From Takakia lepidozioides (lineage: Eukaryota; Plantae; Bryophyta): a stretch of 64,000 bases of DNA. The notes beneath the pieces are model-generated. The model ran no database searches, was not told the origin of the DNA, and saw only the letters and a program-made list of their open reading frames with translations. The DNA is taken from contig CM060732.1 of NCBI GenBank assembly GCA_030704615.1, positions 77,252,001 through 77,316,000 on the forward strand, read 5' to 3'. This document shows, in pieces, positions 12,293 through 24,203 of the stretch (positions within the stretch are counted from its first letter, which is position 1; the number at the start of each line of letters is the position of its first letter). The position numbers and the translations under genes were made by a program.

Positions 12293-12859
12293 TGCTCAAG
12301 TGAGAAGAGGGAGAAGAGGGAGAAGACAGAGAAGAGATTCTTCTCTTCTCAGTCGTGCTCGTCGATGCCGTTCTTAATAAAGTGTCACTGCATTTCTTCC
12401 TCGATCTTTGAAATCTGTTTCCATGTGTTGTTCTTTCCATTCGGATTTCTGTAACTTTTAGGATTCTGGCTGTTTCTGTCTTTTGCTGTTGTGGCTGTGA
12501 ATTGGCGTTGTTTGATAAAGAGGTTTTGTTATGCGATCATCCTGCGCTTGTTCTATCGTCCATGGATTTTTCTGTCCCATTTTGATTCCTGCTTCTTTAA
12601 GATTCTGACAGCAGTTTCTAGATCTGTCTTCCGCGGTTCTAGCTCTGGATTTGTGTCAATTGAGGTTGAGGTTTTGGGATCCGATCGCACTGTGCTTGCG
12701 TATGGTGTGTGGTAGCATGTGGATGCTTCACGGATAGTTCCTGGCTGGTCGACAAAGTGCTGGATTGGTAACATCTCGGAGTCTTTGCTTTTCTCTCGGT
12801 CTTATTACTCTTTTCGTGAAATCAACCCGTGGTGGATTGGTGAAATTTGAGATTATCGG

Positions 12860-13369
12860 ATGTCTGTGATGAAAGATGTCGTGGAGATTGTGGAGCAGCC
12901 GCTGGATATGAATAGGTACATAGATGCGGTGAGAAATCCAGGCGCTGGAGCCATTGCAACTTTCATAGGTACAACGAGGGATACCTTTGAGAATCGCCAG
13001 GTTCAAGAGCTTCAGTATGAGGCCTATGAAGCGATGGCCTCCCTCCAGCTACGGAAAATCTGTGAATCCGCAAGGGAAAGATGGTCTCTTATCGGTGTAG
13101 CTTTGGCTCATAGAATCGGCGTCGTACCAATTGGAGAAGAAAGCGTTTTTGTCGCCGTATCCTCAGCTCATCGAAAGGCTGCTCTTGCAGCGTGCGAGTT
13201 TCTGATTGATGAGATCAAGGCAACCGTCGCAATCTGGAAGAAAGAGGTTTACCTTGACGGTGAGGTATGGAAGGAGAACTCGGAGTTCTTTGGGAAGAAT
13301 GCACATGCTGGTGGTGATGCAGGGAAGATCAAGGCAAACGGGGAATGCTGCAAGAAGGAAAGGACGTGA
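12860..13369 (+). CDS. CNX6: Molybdopterin synthase catalytic (large) subunit, MoaE family
   Basis: GAIATFIGTTRD, LQYEAY, HRIGVVPIGEESV, SSAHR, KATVAIWKKE motifs; single coding exon. Confidence 0.95.
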   Translation: MSVMKDVVEIVEQPLDMNRYIDAVRNPGAGAIATFIGTTRDTFENRQVQELQYEAYEAMASLQLRKICESARERWSLIGVALAHRIGVVPIGEESVFVAVSSAHRKAALAACEFLIDEIKATVAIWKKEVYLDGEVWKENSEFFGKNAHAGGDAGKIKANGECCKKERT

Positions 13370-14857
13370 CGCCTCCAGATGTTCCTTGCACCATACCAAG
13401 ACGCAATTGCATCGCGCTCAACACCTTGGGAAATTCATTGTTGTAACATCAATAGACATTCTTACTTGCACTTCAAGCTTTCTTATGAATGTTGGTGTCG
13501 ACTGTTGCCCGGCTCCGGCACAGTCTAAAGAAGCTCACAGTGCCCTGTGAACCAAAATCCCACCGTACAAATCTCGGGAGGGAGATTCTAGGTGCAAGAG
13601 CGGATGGTCTGTTTAACTCATGCTTGTAGCTGATTGCTCCTTCTCAGCCAGAATTCAGCAATATATTACAGTTATCAATATACGTTTGCTTTGCCATCAA
13701 TGGCACCTCAGGACTCGATATAGTTGTTTTTTGACATACAACAAATCGATCCATGAGGTGCTCCATGGGGTCAAGCTGCCTGCAAGATCAGTGTAGATTG
13801 TCAAGTAGGTTTTACTCCACAGGTCTGGTCCATGATATTTTTGAAGTACAACCCAATGTGTGAGATCTTGCGCATTTGGATCCATGCACCAAGTATTTGA
13901 AGTCACTCAAAGAGCAAAAGCAGAGAGTGCATACTAATTAGAGAGTGATAACCCAGTGAGGTGCATGGAAGGCAGTAAGTTTTCAGAAATTTAGACAGCC
14001 CAGAAGAAAAGGGTTCGCAAGCAGAGCAGATGCAATGATAGACGAGGTGAGCAACCTTTCAAGTCCACCACCCCTTCCCATGAAGAGTGGATGAAAGACT
14101 CCAGGAGAAAAGCAGTCTCCTCTAGAGGAAAGATCAGAGATTTAGATCCACTCCAGAGAGTTACACTCCAGAGAAAGACTTCCAGCAGACAAGCTGAGCA
14201 GACTTTCAAGAAGACCAGCATCACTTCTGGAATATGGAGAGAAGCAGGGGGAGAGAGAGAGAGAGGCATTCGCATATGCGGGAAGCAGGGCGTGATGGAG
14301 CCAGGGCAGTCTCAGAGTAAAAGATGTAACAGCAAATGAGGTGAACAAAATTGAAAGTCCAAGCACATTCAATATATACCAGCTGTTGATAGTCCAAAGG
14401 TCTGTAACACTGCAATACTTGCCCATGAGGTGCCATTTGACAATCAAGTAAGGAACCACTTGCCAGCCATGGAGCAGATCAAAGCAAATAGGGTGTCATA
14501 CACCAAAAGAACACCCAAAAAGGGAGGGTTGTATATCCGCACAATTTCTAAATGTCAAGAGTTTCTTCTCTCTTTGCTTGTAAAGAGAAGGGCTCAACCA
14601 AACAAGCATACACCAGTTGTCAAAAACTTGAATTGTCTGAATTGACTGAAGTCTGTGTCTGAATAACATGAGTATTGGGGCCTCCACCTTCAGCTGTGAT
14701 GGCTGCATGAGCTCCATTTCAGGAGATTCTAATTGCTTTATCTAACTGGATTACTGTGCTATGGATCCAGGCACCAGAATTTTCCAGGCCCAATGAAAGA
14801 GGACCACAGAAAAATGAGGACACTCCTGTACAATCACATGATGGTAAGGTACTAGTA

Positions 14858-17800
14858 TCAACCCCCGAAATTGATGCCTTGGGCTAGAGGTAGATCACTG
14901 CCATAGTTTATCGTACTGCACCCACCACACCCCATCACAAGTGTGTGCAAGTCAAATAATTATGAGACCAAATTGCACCACAACCTGAGAAAATGTTTTG
15001 GCTGGGAAGGTCCAATGCCAAAGGCCTTCCCTCCCTGTACTGCCTCCTCAGTATTAGCATGTGCAGTTTAGATGTTGAGGTTAAGTCATCTTTGTTAGTG
15101 CTTGAGAAGTACCACCACAAAACATGGAGTTTAGATGTTGACATACCCTTCTCAACACACTCACATAGGTGAGCCACTGTTTGACCCCAGGGTGATAGAG
15201 ACCTACGTAAAAGCAAATGAGTAATGAAAGCAAGGTTAATCAAATCCAGAACTAAAGCCTCGAATAGCGGAGCCGTACCATACTATACTAAATGAATAGC
15301 GTGAGGAAAAGGTGAATGGGCATACCACGTGGCACGGTGCATGTATTGCTTCCAAGAATCACTACCAGCTTCCCGGCCACCCCCTGTGGCTTTCTCTCCA
15401 CCAAAAGCACCGCCAATCTCAGCCCCATTCGTAGGGATGTTCACGTTCACTATCCCACAGTCACTGCCAGTGGGCCTGCAGTCATTCGCCAGACAATCAC
15501 TTCACCATGTTCCATGCTCTAAAAATTTGAAAAAGAGGCTTCTACAAATGCCGTAACCGGAACGAATGACAACATGTTCGAGTATACCTCACAAGACAAA
15601 AGGCCCAAGAAACGTAGAAGTAGAAACAACAAAGAACAACAATAGGACCACAAAAACTAACCACTTCAAAGTAGGAGAGGGAGCGAGAGAGAATGTACTC
15701 AAAAGACGTTGTTTGCCGTAGCCTTGTGGCCATTGACCCCTTGCCCACTTTGAGTGGAACACAAAGGGACAGAACCTACTTACCTTGGAACCAACAATCA
15801 ATTCGAGTTTTCCAGATATCCTCTAGAAATTCCTTCACACAAGCATCAATCTGCTGTGTGTGGTTTGCCCAATAACTAGGCCCCAAAAGGGCCTGGGCTT
15901 TTGGCTCAGCCTCGAGAGTTTCAAAGTTGGTAAACAGAGGTTGAGGCACAATTCCCTAACTTCAGAGAGAGAGAGAGAGAGAGAGTTGACAGAGACACTT
16001 AAGCTAATTTTAACTTCCTCGAGAGGGAGGAGAGAAATGAAATGAGATGAAATGGCACTTTTAAAAAAACTTTGTCATCCCACTGAGAGAGAGAAATGAA
16101 TGAAGTGATACTTCATAACGTCCATGGAAAGGACGAAGAGCTTATGGAGAGAGAGAGAGAGAATGAAAGATGCCCCGATAACTAAAAAGAACAACAATAA
16201 AATCGACATAAAAAAAGCACCCTACTGTATTGATCAGAGACTAGACCAAACAAAGAGACTAACAAAAGGTTTAGTAAGGCCACAAACCCAATCCATCTGA
16301 AAATTGTTTCAGGGTTGCGTGTGAAGATAGAGCTGCTGAGACCTTGTGGCACCGAATTATTCATTTCAATCGCTTCCTCCAGGGTCTGTTACAAATAAGA
16401 AGGCGTGTTTCAAGCCCACCGAGGAGTGTGCATAAGCTGAGTACAGTATGAGTGGGGCCTAAGTAACCTCATATCCTCCATTTCAAACAATCTTCAGAAT
16501 GCAGGTGGAGCCTGCATACGAAGCTATGAAGGCCACCCACCAGTCGGTTACAACTCAAAACTCTTAGCTGTTAGGCCACTAATGTGGCAACTGTTCCAAG
16601 AACTTGGGATCCACTAGGGTTGCCACAGTGTAGTCGAGATCTGATAGCCCTTGTCATGCTATGGGTGCCACAGGGAGGTTCTAATATCTGTTGTGCCCAG
16701 AATTTATTTGTCAGAATAACAAGCCCTTGTACATCAGGTTAGAGGGGGATGTCCAGAAATTCCTTGAAAGAGAGGGCATTACAGTTAGTCCATGAGACAA
16801 CAGCCAATCCCCTGTAACTGGTTTGTGTCTGCAAGGGCCCTCTGCCTGGCTCCAGAAGGGCAAGTGTCTCACAGTCATAGACATTGTAGACAGAGATACT
16901 CTCTGAGTGAATCTACTTCCTTCTGGGCTCTAAAATTAATATTCTAACTTACCTGGAATTTGGAGACGTACAGAACAGGGGCAAAAAGCTCCTCCCTCAC
17001 CACTGGCGCATCATGTGAGATTTCTACCACTGTAGGCTCCACAAAATTTCCCTTGCGGTCCATCACTGATCCACCAGTCAAGATGATGCCCCCCTGTTGT
17101 CCCCGTCCACGGTTTTAGTCACACCATTCCAACCCCTTAAGGTTCTAGCTTACTTTGGGGCAGCGTAAATACTTCGGGTTCGAAGAAATTGCAAACAGGT
17201 AAGAAGTTACTCCTTCGGAGAAAAAGGCCTTGCCTGTGACTTGATGGCTTTAATGCCATGCTCAAAGCTTGACTTGGAGAGAGGAGAATGGAGGGGTCCA
17301 AGCAGAGTTCCATCTTCCAAAGGATTTCCAGCCTTGACCTGTGCGTAAGCTTTGAGCAGGCGCTCAACCATCTCACTGTACACCTTCTCATGCACAATCT
17401 ACACACAGTTCAACAGATACTAAAGTAAATCAGACCATGAGCTTCTTTGAATTAGTCATATAGGCATAAGTGCACTTAGCATCCTTCTGCGAGCTACTGA
17501 AATTTGATGTTGTGAGCAGATTGGTATACTGGGCCCAAGGCCATCTTTGTGTGAGGAATGTTATAGCTTTTCTCCAAGTGTGTGCCTGTCCCTCAGAAAA
17601 CCTGCAGTCTAGTGGTTATCCTTGATGACGAGAGGGCTGTAGTCATTTGACAGTGCTTGCTGTAGCTTGCAACAGACAAGAGACAGAGAAGAAGAAAAAT
17701 ACTTTGTTCAAAGATAAAGATAATCTTGGTAGAATTTGCTAGCAGAAGCCTTCAGCCATAGACCGAACATCCAGTTTAGACACAGAGAGAGAAAAGGAGA

Positions 17801-20800
17801 GTACAAGGCGGCGGCAAGTAGTGCAGCGCTGGCCAGCAGTACCAACGGCTGCAAACAACACTGAGCGCACTGCCATTGTCAAATCTGCATCGTCCATGAC
17901 AATGATGGCATTGTTCCCGCTTAGCTCCAGTAAGGTCCTACCATGTCTTGCATTCACCTTTTCCCGCACCATCTGCCCCACCTGCCTCTCTTCCATACAT
18001 GTCAGGACCAACCTAAAGGCCTGTTGAACAGTTCGAAAATTTTGAGAAATTGAAAGCCTTCTGACTTGCATGAGAAAGATGAAACTGGGTACCTTTGTGC
18101 TGCCAGTAAATGAGACAAGTGGGATGCGTGAGTCCTTGGCTATGGCATCTCCAATCTCAGCACCCCCACACAGACAGGTGAAAATGGCTCCAGGAAGCCC
18201 ATTATTTTCCAGGACTTCCGCAATCAGCCGAGTTGTGGCTATGCTTACAAGTGGCGTAGTCGGAGCACCCTTCCTACAGAGAAACATCACCATTGAGCAC
18301 ACTGGATGTAGTTGCATGATCATATGAGGATCACACTGTATGTTGAGGAGAGAGCACACCAGTCCAGATCCATTGAAAAATAACCTAAAGTAATAAACTT
18401 CCAGAGAAAGCAGTACAATCTTGTGGCATGATAAAAAACAAAAAAATCTGAGGAAATGAGAACTAAAGGAAGTAGAGAGATTTTACCAGACAACACAGTT
18501 GCCACAGACAAGAGCAATGCAAGCATTCCACCCTGTATGCACGCAGAGAACACCCACACATAAATGCCCCATGTCAAATATCCTCCATCTGAAATGACCA
18601 AAGCACAAGAAGAACTCGTACCTATACTAGAATCTAATGACATGATGAACCAAGAAAGAAGCAAAAAACCAAGGCCAAATTTTCAAAAGGGGGATGTCCT
18701 AATTTGAACGGATTTTTAAAATGGCCAGAAAAGTACCAAGAACAGCACAGGGGAAGTTGAAGGCAGTGATGACCCCCACGATTCCAAGAGGATTCCACAC
18801 CTACCACCAACCCACTTTTCTGTCAAGTTGTGGTCTTCAACCTCTAATGTTTCTTCTCAGATGAGTAGCATCTGAAAGGATATCTGACAAAAAGCCCCAA
18901 CATGACAAGCGTACACTAGGCACTGACAAGCTAGAGCAGTTTGATTGCAATCTGGCAGAGGTGAAAATGAGGGAACCTACTTTTGTCCTCAAGAAAAAGA
19001 AGCAACAGAGTGAAGAGGCTTCAGTTTGGACCCAGTTCACTTAAGAGCTGCCTGGCATGCAGCTAATCATGAGAATCAACTATTTGATGATATTTGAGAC
19101 GTATAATGGGGAACCTAAGAACACCTTGGCTACTTTTGAGCTCCAACATATGAAGCATATTAGGAACATAAAAGATAGATAAGCATAAGACTTAACAGAT
19201 TTGTCAAATAAGACAATTTCCAAAGAAAAATGCTTACCTCCATCATTGCATGATTTGGACCTGCAATGTCCCCACATAGTATAGCTCAGTGTCAGAATGT
19301 TTACCCCCACATAAATGGAATTCAAACTGGAGCTTTAAACAAATAAAAAAACACAGTTATGATGCACGGGCCCAATGTGCATAGTACACCAAACGGTATA
19401 TGCCAAGCTAAGCTTAGAGGCTCTGGTCCAAACAACGTTGCTGAAATGATGAATGTGTGTGTGAGACAGTGAGAGAGAAAAAGATTGTACTCATAAGACG
19501 TTGTTTGCCGTAGCCTTGTGGCCATTGACCCCGCACCCAGTTTGAGCGGGAACAAAAGGGACAGAACCTACCTCTGTCAGGGGCTGACGTTGGTAGTAAG
19601 ACTTACCTTCATATATAGAATTAATCCGGGTTTCCCAGATATCCTCTAGAAATCCCTTCACACAAGCTGTGTGTGATTTGCCCAAAAACTAGGCCTCAGG
19701 AGGGCCTGGGCTTTTGGCTCAGCCTCTAGACTTTCAAAGTTGGTAAACAGGGGTACAGGCACAATTCCCTTGATAGATTTGAAGAGAGCGTCTCTTTGGT
19801 GAGAGAACCCCGGACAGTGTAACAGAAAATGAATACTGTCTTCAGATTGCCCACACAACGGGCAATTGCACTCTCCCTTTCCTCTCTGCTTTGTTTGCTG
19901 TTCAAAGGTAGGCTTCCTGCCCTGAGTTTAAATTTCAGTCTAGTGCCGAGAGTGGGTAGACCCTTGAGGTCATCCAAGATGTCCTCCCCCATGTCACTGA
20001 CTGGAAACAAGTTCAGGGAAGTTTTCTGCCTAACTTCATTTTCATCAGACAATCTCATGGCAACAGACATGGCTTTCGACACTACAGCCTCTAAGTCAGA
20101 TTTATCCAGCAGGGTCAAGACTTGCGGATCCAGGTCCAGGTCCTTGAGAATCTCTTCTACTCTCTTCTGCCAGGACCTAGCCTGTTTGACAGGGCGGTCC
20201 TGTTTCCAAGATATAGAGTCGATTAACTTAGGATATCTGGTGTTGGACATATGTTGCAGCTGACCCCACCATCTGACCTTGAATTAATCTCGTGGGGAGC
20301 TTAAGGACGGAATGCCAAACTCACCCCGAACAGCCACATTGGCTGTTTTGGAGCATGCTGACATACACTCCTTAAGCACCCCCACTTGAATGGATTCTAG
20401 AGACTTAGCCTGGTTGGAGTTATCAACCCACATTGCAGATCCGTACTCCAAGGCAGGTCTAATAACGCGACAAAGTATGGTTTTCTTAACCTCAGAGTTG
20501 ACCCCTCTGCAGTGGAAAAATTTAGTGAGCCCCAGAGCTTTGCCCTTGCCAGTTTGAACAACTTTCCGGATATGTGCATCCCAATTACAATTGGAGGAAA
20601 ACTCAACGCCCAGGTAAGTGTAGGAAGGGAGGACTGGGATCTCTTGGCTACCCCACTGCCACTTAAGATCACTTCCTCCCTCTCCTCTGTCGTTGAATGC
20701 TACCACTGCACATTTGCTGACATTAGCCTCTAGCCCCCAAAGATCAAAGTATCTCTTCGCGCTCAATCAACTCCTGGAGATTGGTTGGAGTCTCCCCTAT

Positions 20801-22789
20801 GCCTGCGAAGTCATCCGCAAACATAAGGGCTGGTATGGTGGTATCACCCACCCCCTTAACCAAATCCCTCACTTTCCACATCCTCGAGGAGTTGATTGAT
20901 GAAAACATTGAAGAGCAGAGGGGAGAGAGTACATCCTTGAGCTACACCTTGGTCTATGTCAAAGAAGTTGGACTTCTGTCCGTTAACAGTGACACAGCTT
21001 TTGGTGTGAGCATACAAGTTGTGGACAACTCTTCACATCTTTCCCTTGATCCCACAAGACCAGAGGCGGAACCATAGGCCATCTCTCCACACTGTGTCAT
21101 AAGCCTTTTTGACATCCAGGAAAAAAACATAAGTGGGTTTTGCTTCCACAATCTCAGAAGAACTAATGGGAGCGTTATAAGCCATTGAAATATCCTGAGA
21201 GAGAAAAAGAGAGAGCATTAATGCATCCGTGGAAGGCCAAATGCACAAGGGGGTGAGAACAGAAAGAGAAACAAAGGGCAAGAGAGCAAGAGATATCAAA
21301 ATTGATCAATGCTTGCACCTGAGTGCCTAAGGGAGAGATGAGAGTCATAATTGTAAAACCTCTGCTCATTAGTTTCAAGCCTGGTTTTGTCTAAAAGCTA
21401 TGGTGAAGCATGCTTACGTTCAGAAGGTAAGATGGAACCATTGAGCTGCCGGCTCAAACCAACTGCATAGTCACACATATCTATCACCTCCTGCAATTTA
21501 TAAGGGGAGATGGGCATCAATTGTAATCTTTAACCATGCTTGATTCAGCCTCCAATCCCTAGTTCAAAGGGAAATCGACTCTTTGAAAAGGCAAAACATG
21601 ATGCCAGTCCAGCACCTCTGTATTCAGGGTATATTGCAATACTACGCTGTAAAATAATAAGCTGAGATGTAGTGATCAGAGGCTGGGCACTTTGAAATGG
21701 GGAGTTCAATCAACACAATCCTACATGGCCAAAATATCGCTGAGATGAAGGGGGTACCAACCCCAAAACAGAGTTGAGAACAGAGATCATTACCTGGACT
21801 TCCCCAATACCCTCTGCGAGAATTTTCCCCATTTCCAAAGAAAGAAGCCTGCCCAAAAGCACCAACTTGGTACGCAGAGCGTCTCCGATCTGCCGCACCA
21901 CTTCACCCCTCTTTGGTGCTGGAGTCTGTACATTGCACACACAACATCAAATTCAGTCCCTCTCTGTCCTTACAAAACGACCATCACAAGCTGCATCCCC
22001 ATCTCCTACTTAGCATTACACCGCTGCACCCACACACACCATAGCTACCCTACGACATATGTGTCTCTCTCCGGCCTGAACTACAGGCACCCATGAAAAA
22101 ATGAGCAATAAAGAGCAAGGTCAGATTGAGCAAGGAACATACATAAATGCACTAGTACATTGAAGTGAAAAAGGGTCACTTACTAGCATCCACATTTTCC
22201 GTGCCCTTTCGCAAGATTTGAGGCTGTCCTCATAGTCTTCACGTGAGGCTTCCACTACAGTCGCAATGGGCTACATCCCCACAAATTTGCCTCGGAAAGA
22301 GACAAAGAAACAATTACAGACTCTCGCATACAGCAAAAACTGAACATTATCAGGAGTGATAGCAACATCATGGCAGTATCTTCATAGCTCTTGCAACCTT
22401 GCTCCCAAATTGGACCAGCACAGACATTTTGGCAATACCCTTTTGTGACCAGGAGCGGGGATATTTGGTGACAATTGAGCAGAGGGTACGTTTACTGGGA
22501 AACTTGATTGCCACCCAGATTTAGTTGCCCACTACAACGGCGACCTCTGGTATTGATTTGGATGCATTCAGAACTCTTTGAGCAGTTGACATTGTAATCT
22601 CAGTTCGAAGAATTTCGGGCGCTATTCTGAAACAATTATGTTCTTTACCTTATTGTCAGAGGGGTTGACAGATGTGACTGTAGGTCCATTCCCACGCCAG
22701 ACACCGCCCCCATAGCACCCCAGATTGTGAGGTTGCAAGCCCAAATCTTTCAGAAATTGGTAGTCGTCCCTCTCAAATTCCACCCCCAT
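14858..22789 (-). CDS. ALDH7B4: Aldehyde dehydrogenase family 7 (antiquitin), multi-exon
   Basis: Exons encode [13 protein letters not shown]..., [62 protein letters not shown] (catalytic Cys), EELFAP, and C-terminal [18 protein letters not shown] (stop 14858-14860). Confidence 0.95.
15693..15960 (-). mobile_element. Short 3' fragment of the same non-LTR family, in an ALDH7 intron
   Basis: Highly similar to 19484-19770; GA tracts on both sides. Confidence 0.85.
19484..21150 (-). mobile_element. Non-LTR retrotransposon (RT plus C-terminal zinc domain), truncated and frameshifted, in an ALDH7 intron
   Basis: [79 protein letters not shown]. Confidence 0.9.
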
Positions 22790-23749
22790 TTTTCCTGTAG
22801 CTGTGAAAGACAAATCTTCCGTGCAGCCAGATTATCCAGGCCCTGAAAAAACCCAACAATCTCTTTTAGCCAAAACAGGATATTTCTCATCGATCAGATG
22901 CACAACACAGATACTCCCAGACTATGGAACCCCACGTGGGGTGGGCGAAAAACATCCCAAAACTGGTGCACAAGCTCCTTCTGGAAAACCATACAACTTC
23001 TTCAATCAAACACAGTAATCTTTGTTGCGAGATACAAACAGGGCCGGTAATTCCAGATTATGCAACCTCTTAAAAGCCAGCAATCGCTTCTTTCCAAAAC
23101 AATCGATCTCTCCCCGACCTGATGCACAGAAAGAAAATCCTCTCAACCGACGCAAATGAATCTTCCACTAACACACACCCAGATGCAGAGCAACACGCAA
23201 CTTCACGTGACAAATATAATCACAAGCCCACTTCCAACACGGATCTAACATCTAACCCAGTACTTTTAGCTGATCCTGGGTTCGAATTCACAAACTTCTG
23301 AAATGTCCCCTATGATCAGCAGGCAAAACAGGCTAAATGCCCTTTTATTGCTAGCCCAGACCTCCACATTCCCATCTCGTGTTTCCTCCAAACAGCTTTT
23401 ATGCGGATTGTCAACATCCCCATCCCTCACTAGAGCAGCCCATCCGTTTCGTGATGGAGGGGGTTGTTGGCTTCAATTCTTGTCTGTTGCACTGTCACAC
23501 TAACTTATGCGCTTGTTTTCAGTACCTCACCAAAACAGTTAACCTCATCTGCGTGGAAAATTCCCTGTTTACATTGGCAATTTGCAATTCTCCAAAACTC
23601 TGTTCAAAGGGCTGCTTGAGTGATGAGGCCTGAAGTTTGGAGTGTGTGCGTAGCAGGTGGGCACTTGAAGCCGGATAGGAAGTCATGTTTAGTGTGTGGA
23701 TATTAAGGGCACAGGGCATCACAGTAGAGTGCACAAGGGAGGAATACCC

Positions 23750-24000
23750 CTATATCAAAAGTAACGCAAAAGAAATGGCTGGGGGAAATGTCAATGAGAA
23801 CCTCCAACAACATAGAATACATTGACACGCTTGCACCGATTTCCAAGCAACCGTGGTCGAAATCATGTATGGTGAGAAAAACTTACAAGACCACAAACAA
23901 TGTTGTGGCATCTGGTCATGTTGCAAGCAAAGTTGACAAACTGGAGAGTGTCCAATTTTATAACACCAAACTGCAGTAGCTACCCTTCCTCTCAAATTCT
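23750..24000 (-). mobile_element. L1 zf-RVT (C-terminal zinc finger) fragment
   Basis: CQLCLQHDQMPQHCLWSC = Cx2C...Hx4C. Confidence 0.55.
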
Positions 24001-24203
24001 CTGATCAATGGAAGTGGTGGCCATACTAAACATTTAGCAATATCATCATCCCTACCACATCATTCCATTCCATTCCATTCTGTATCGCGTGCTCCATCCA
24101 TTGCATTTCATGTAGCCCATGTAGTTGGTGAATGCGTGCAACAAATCCTTTCTTCAATATTGAAAAAACTTATCTGTTGAAAAAAATTATATGTTACCAG
24201 AGG

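Noticed and set aside
12300-12860. Upstream small-subunit ORF as in the bicistronic animal MOCS2
   Set aside because: No MoaD-like ORF ending in Gly-Gly was found upstream of CNX6.
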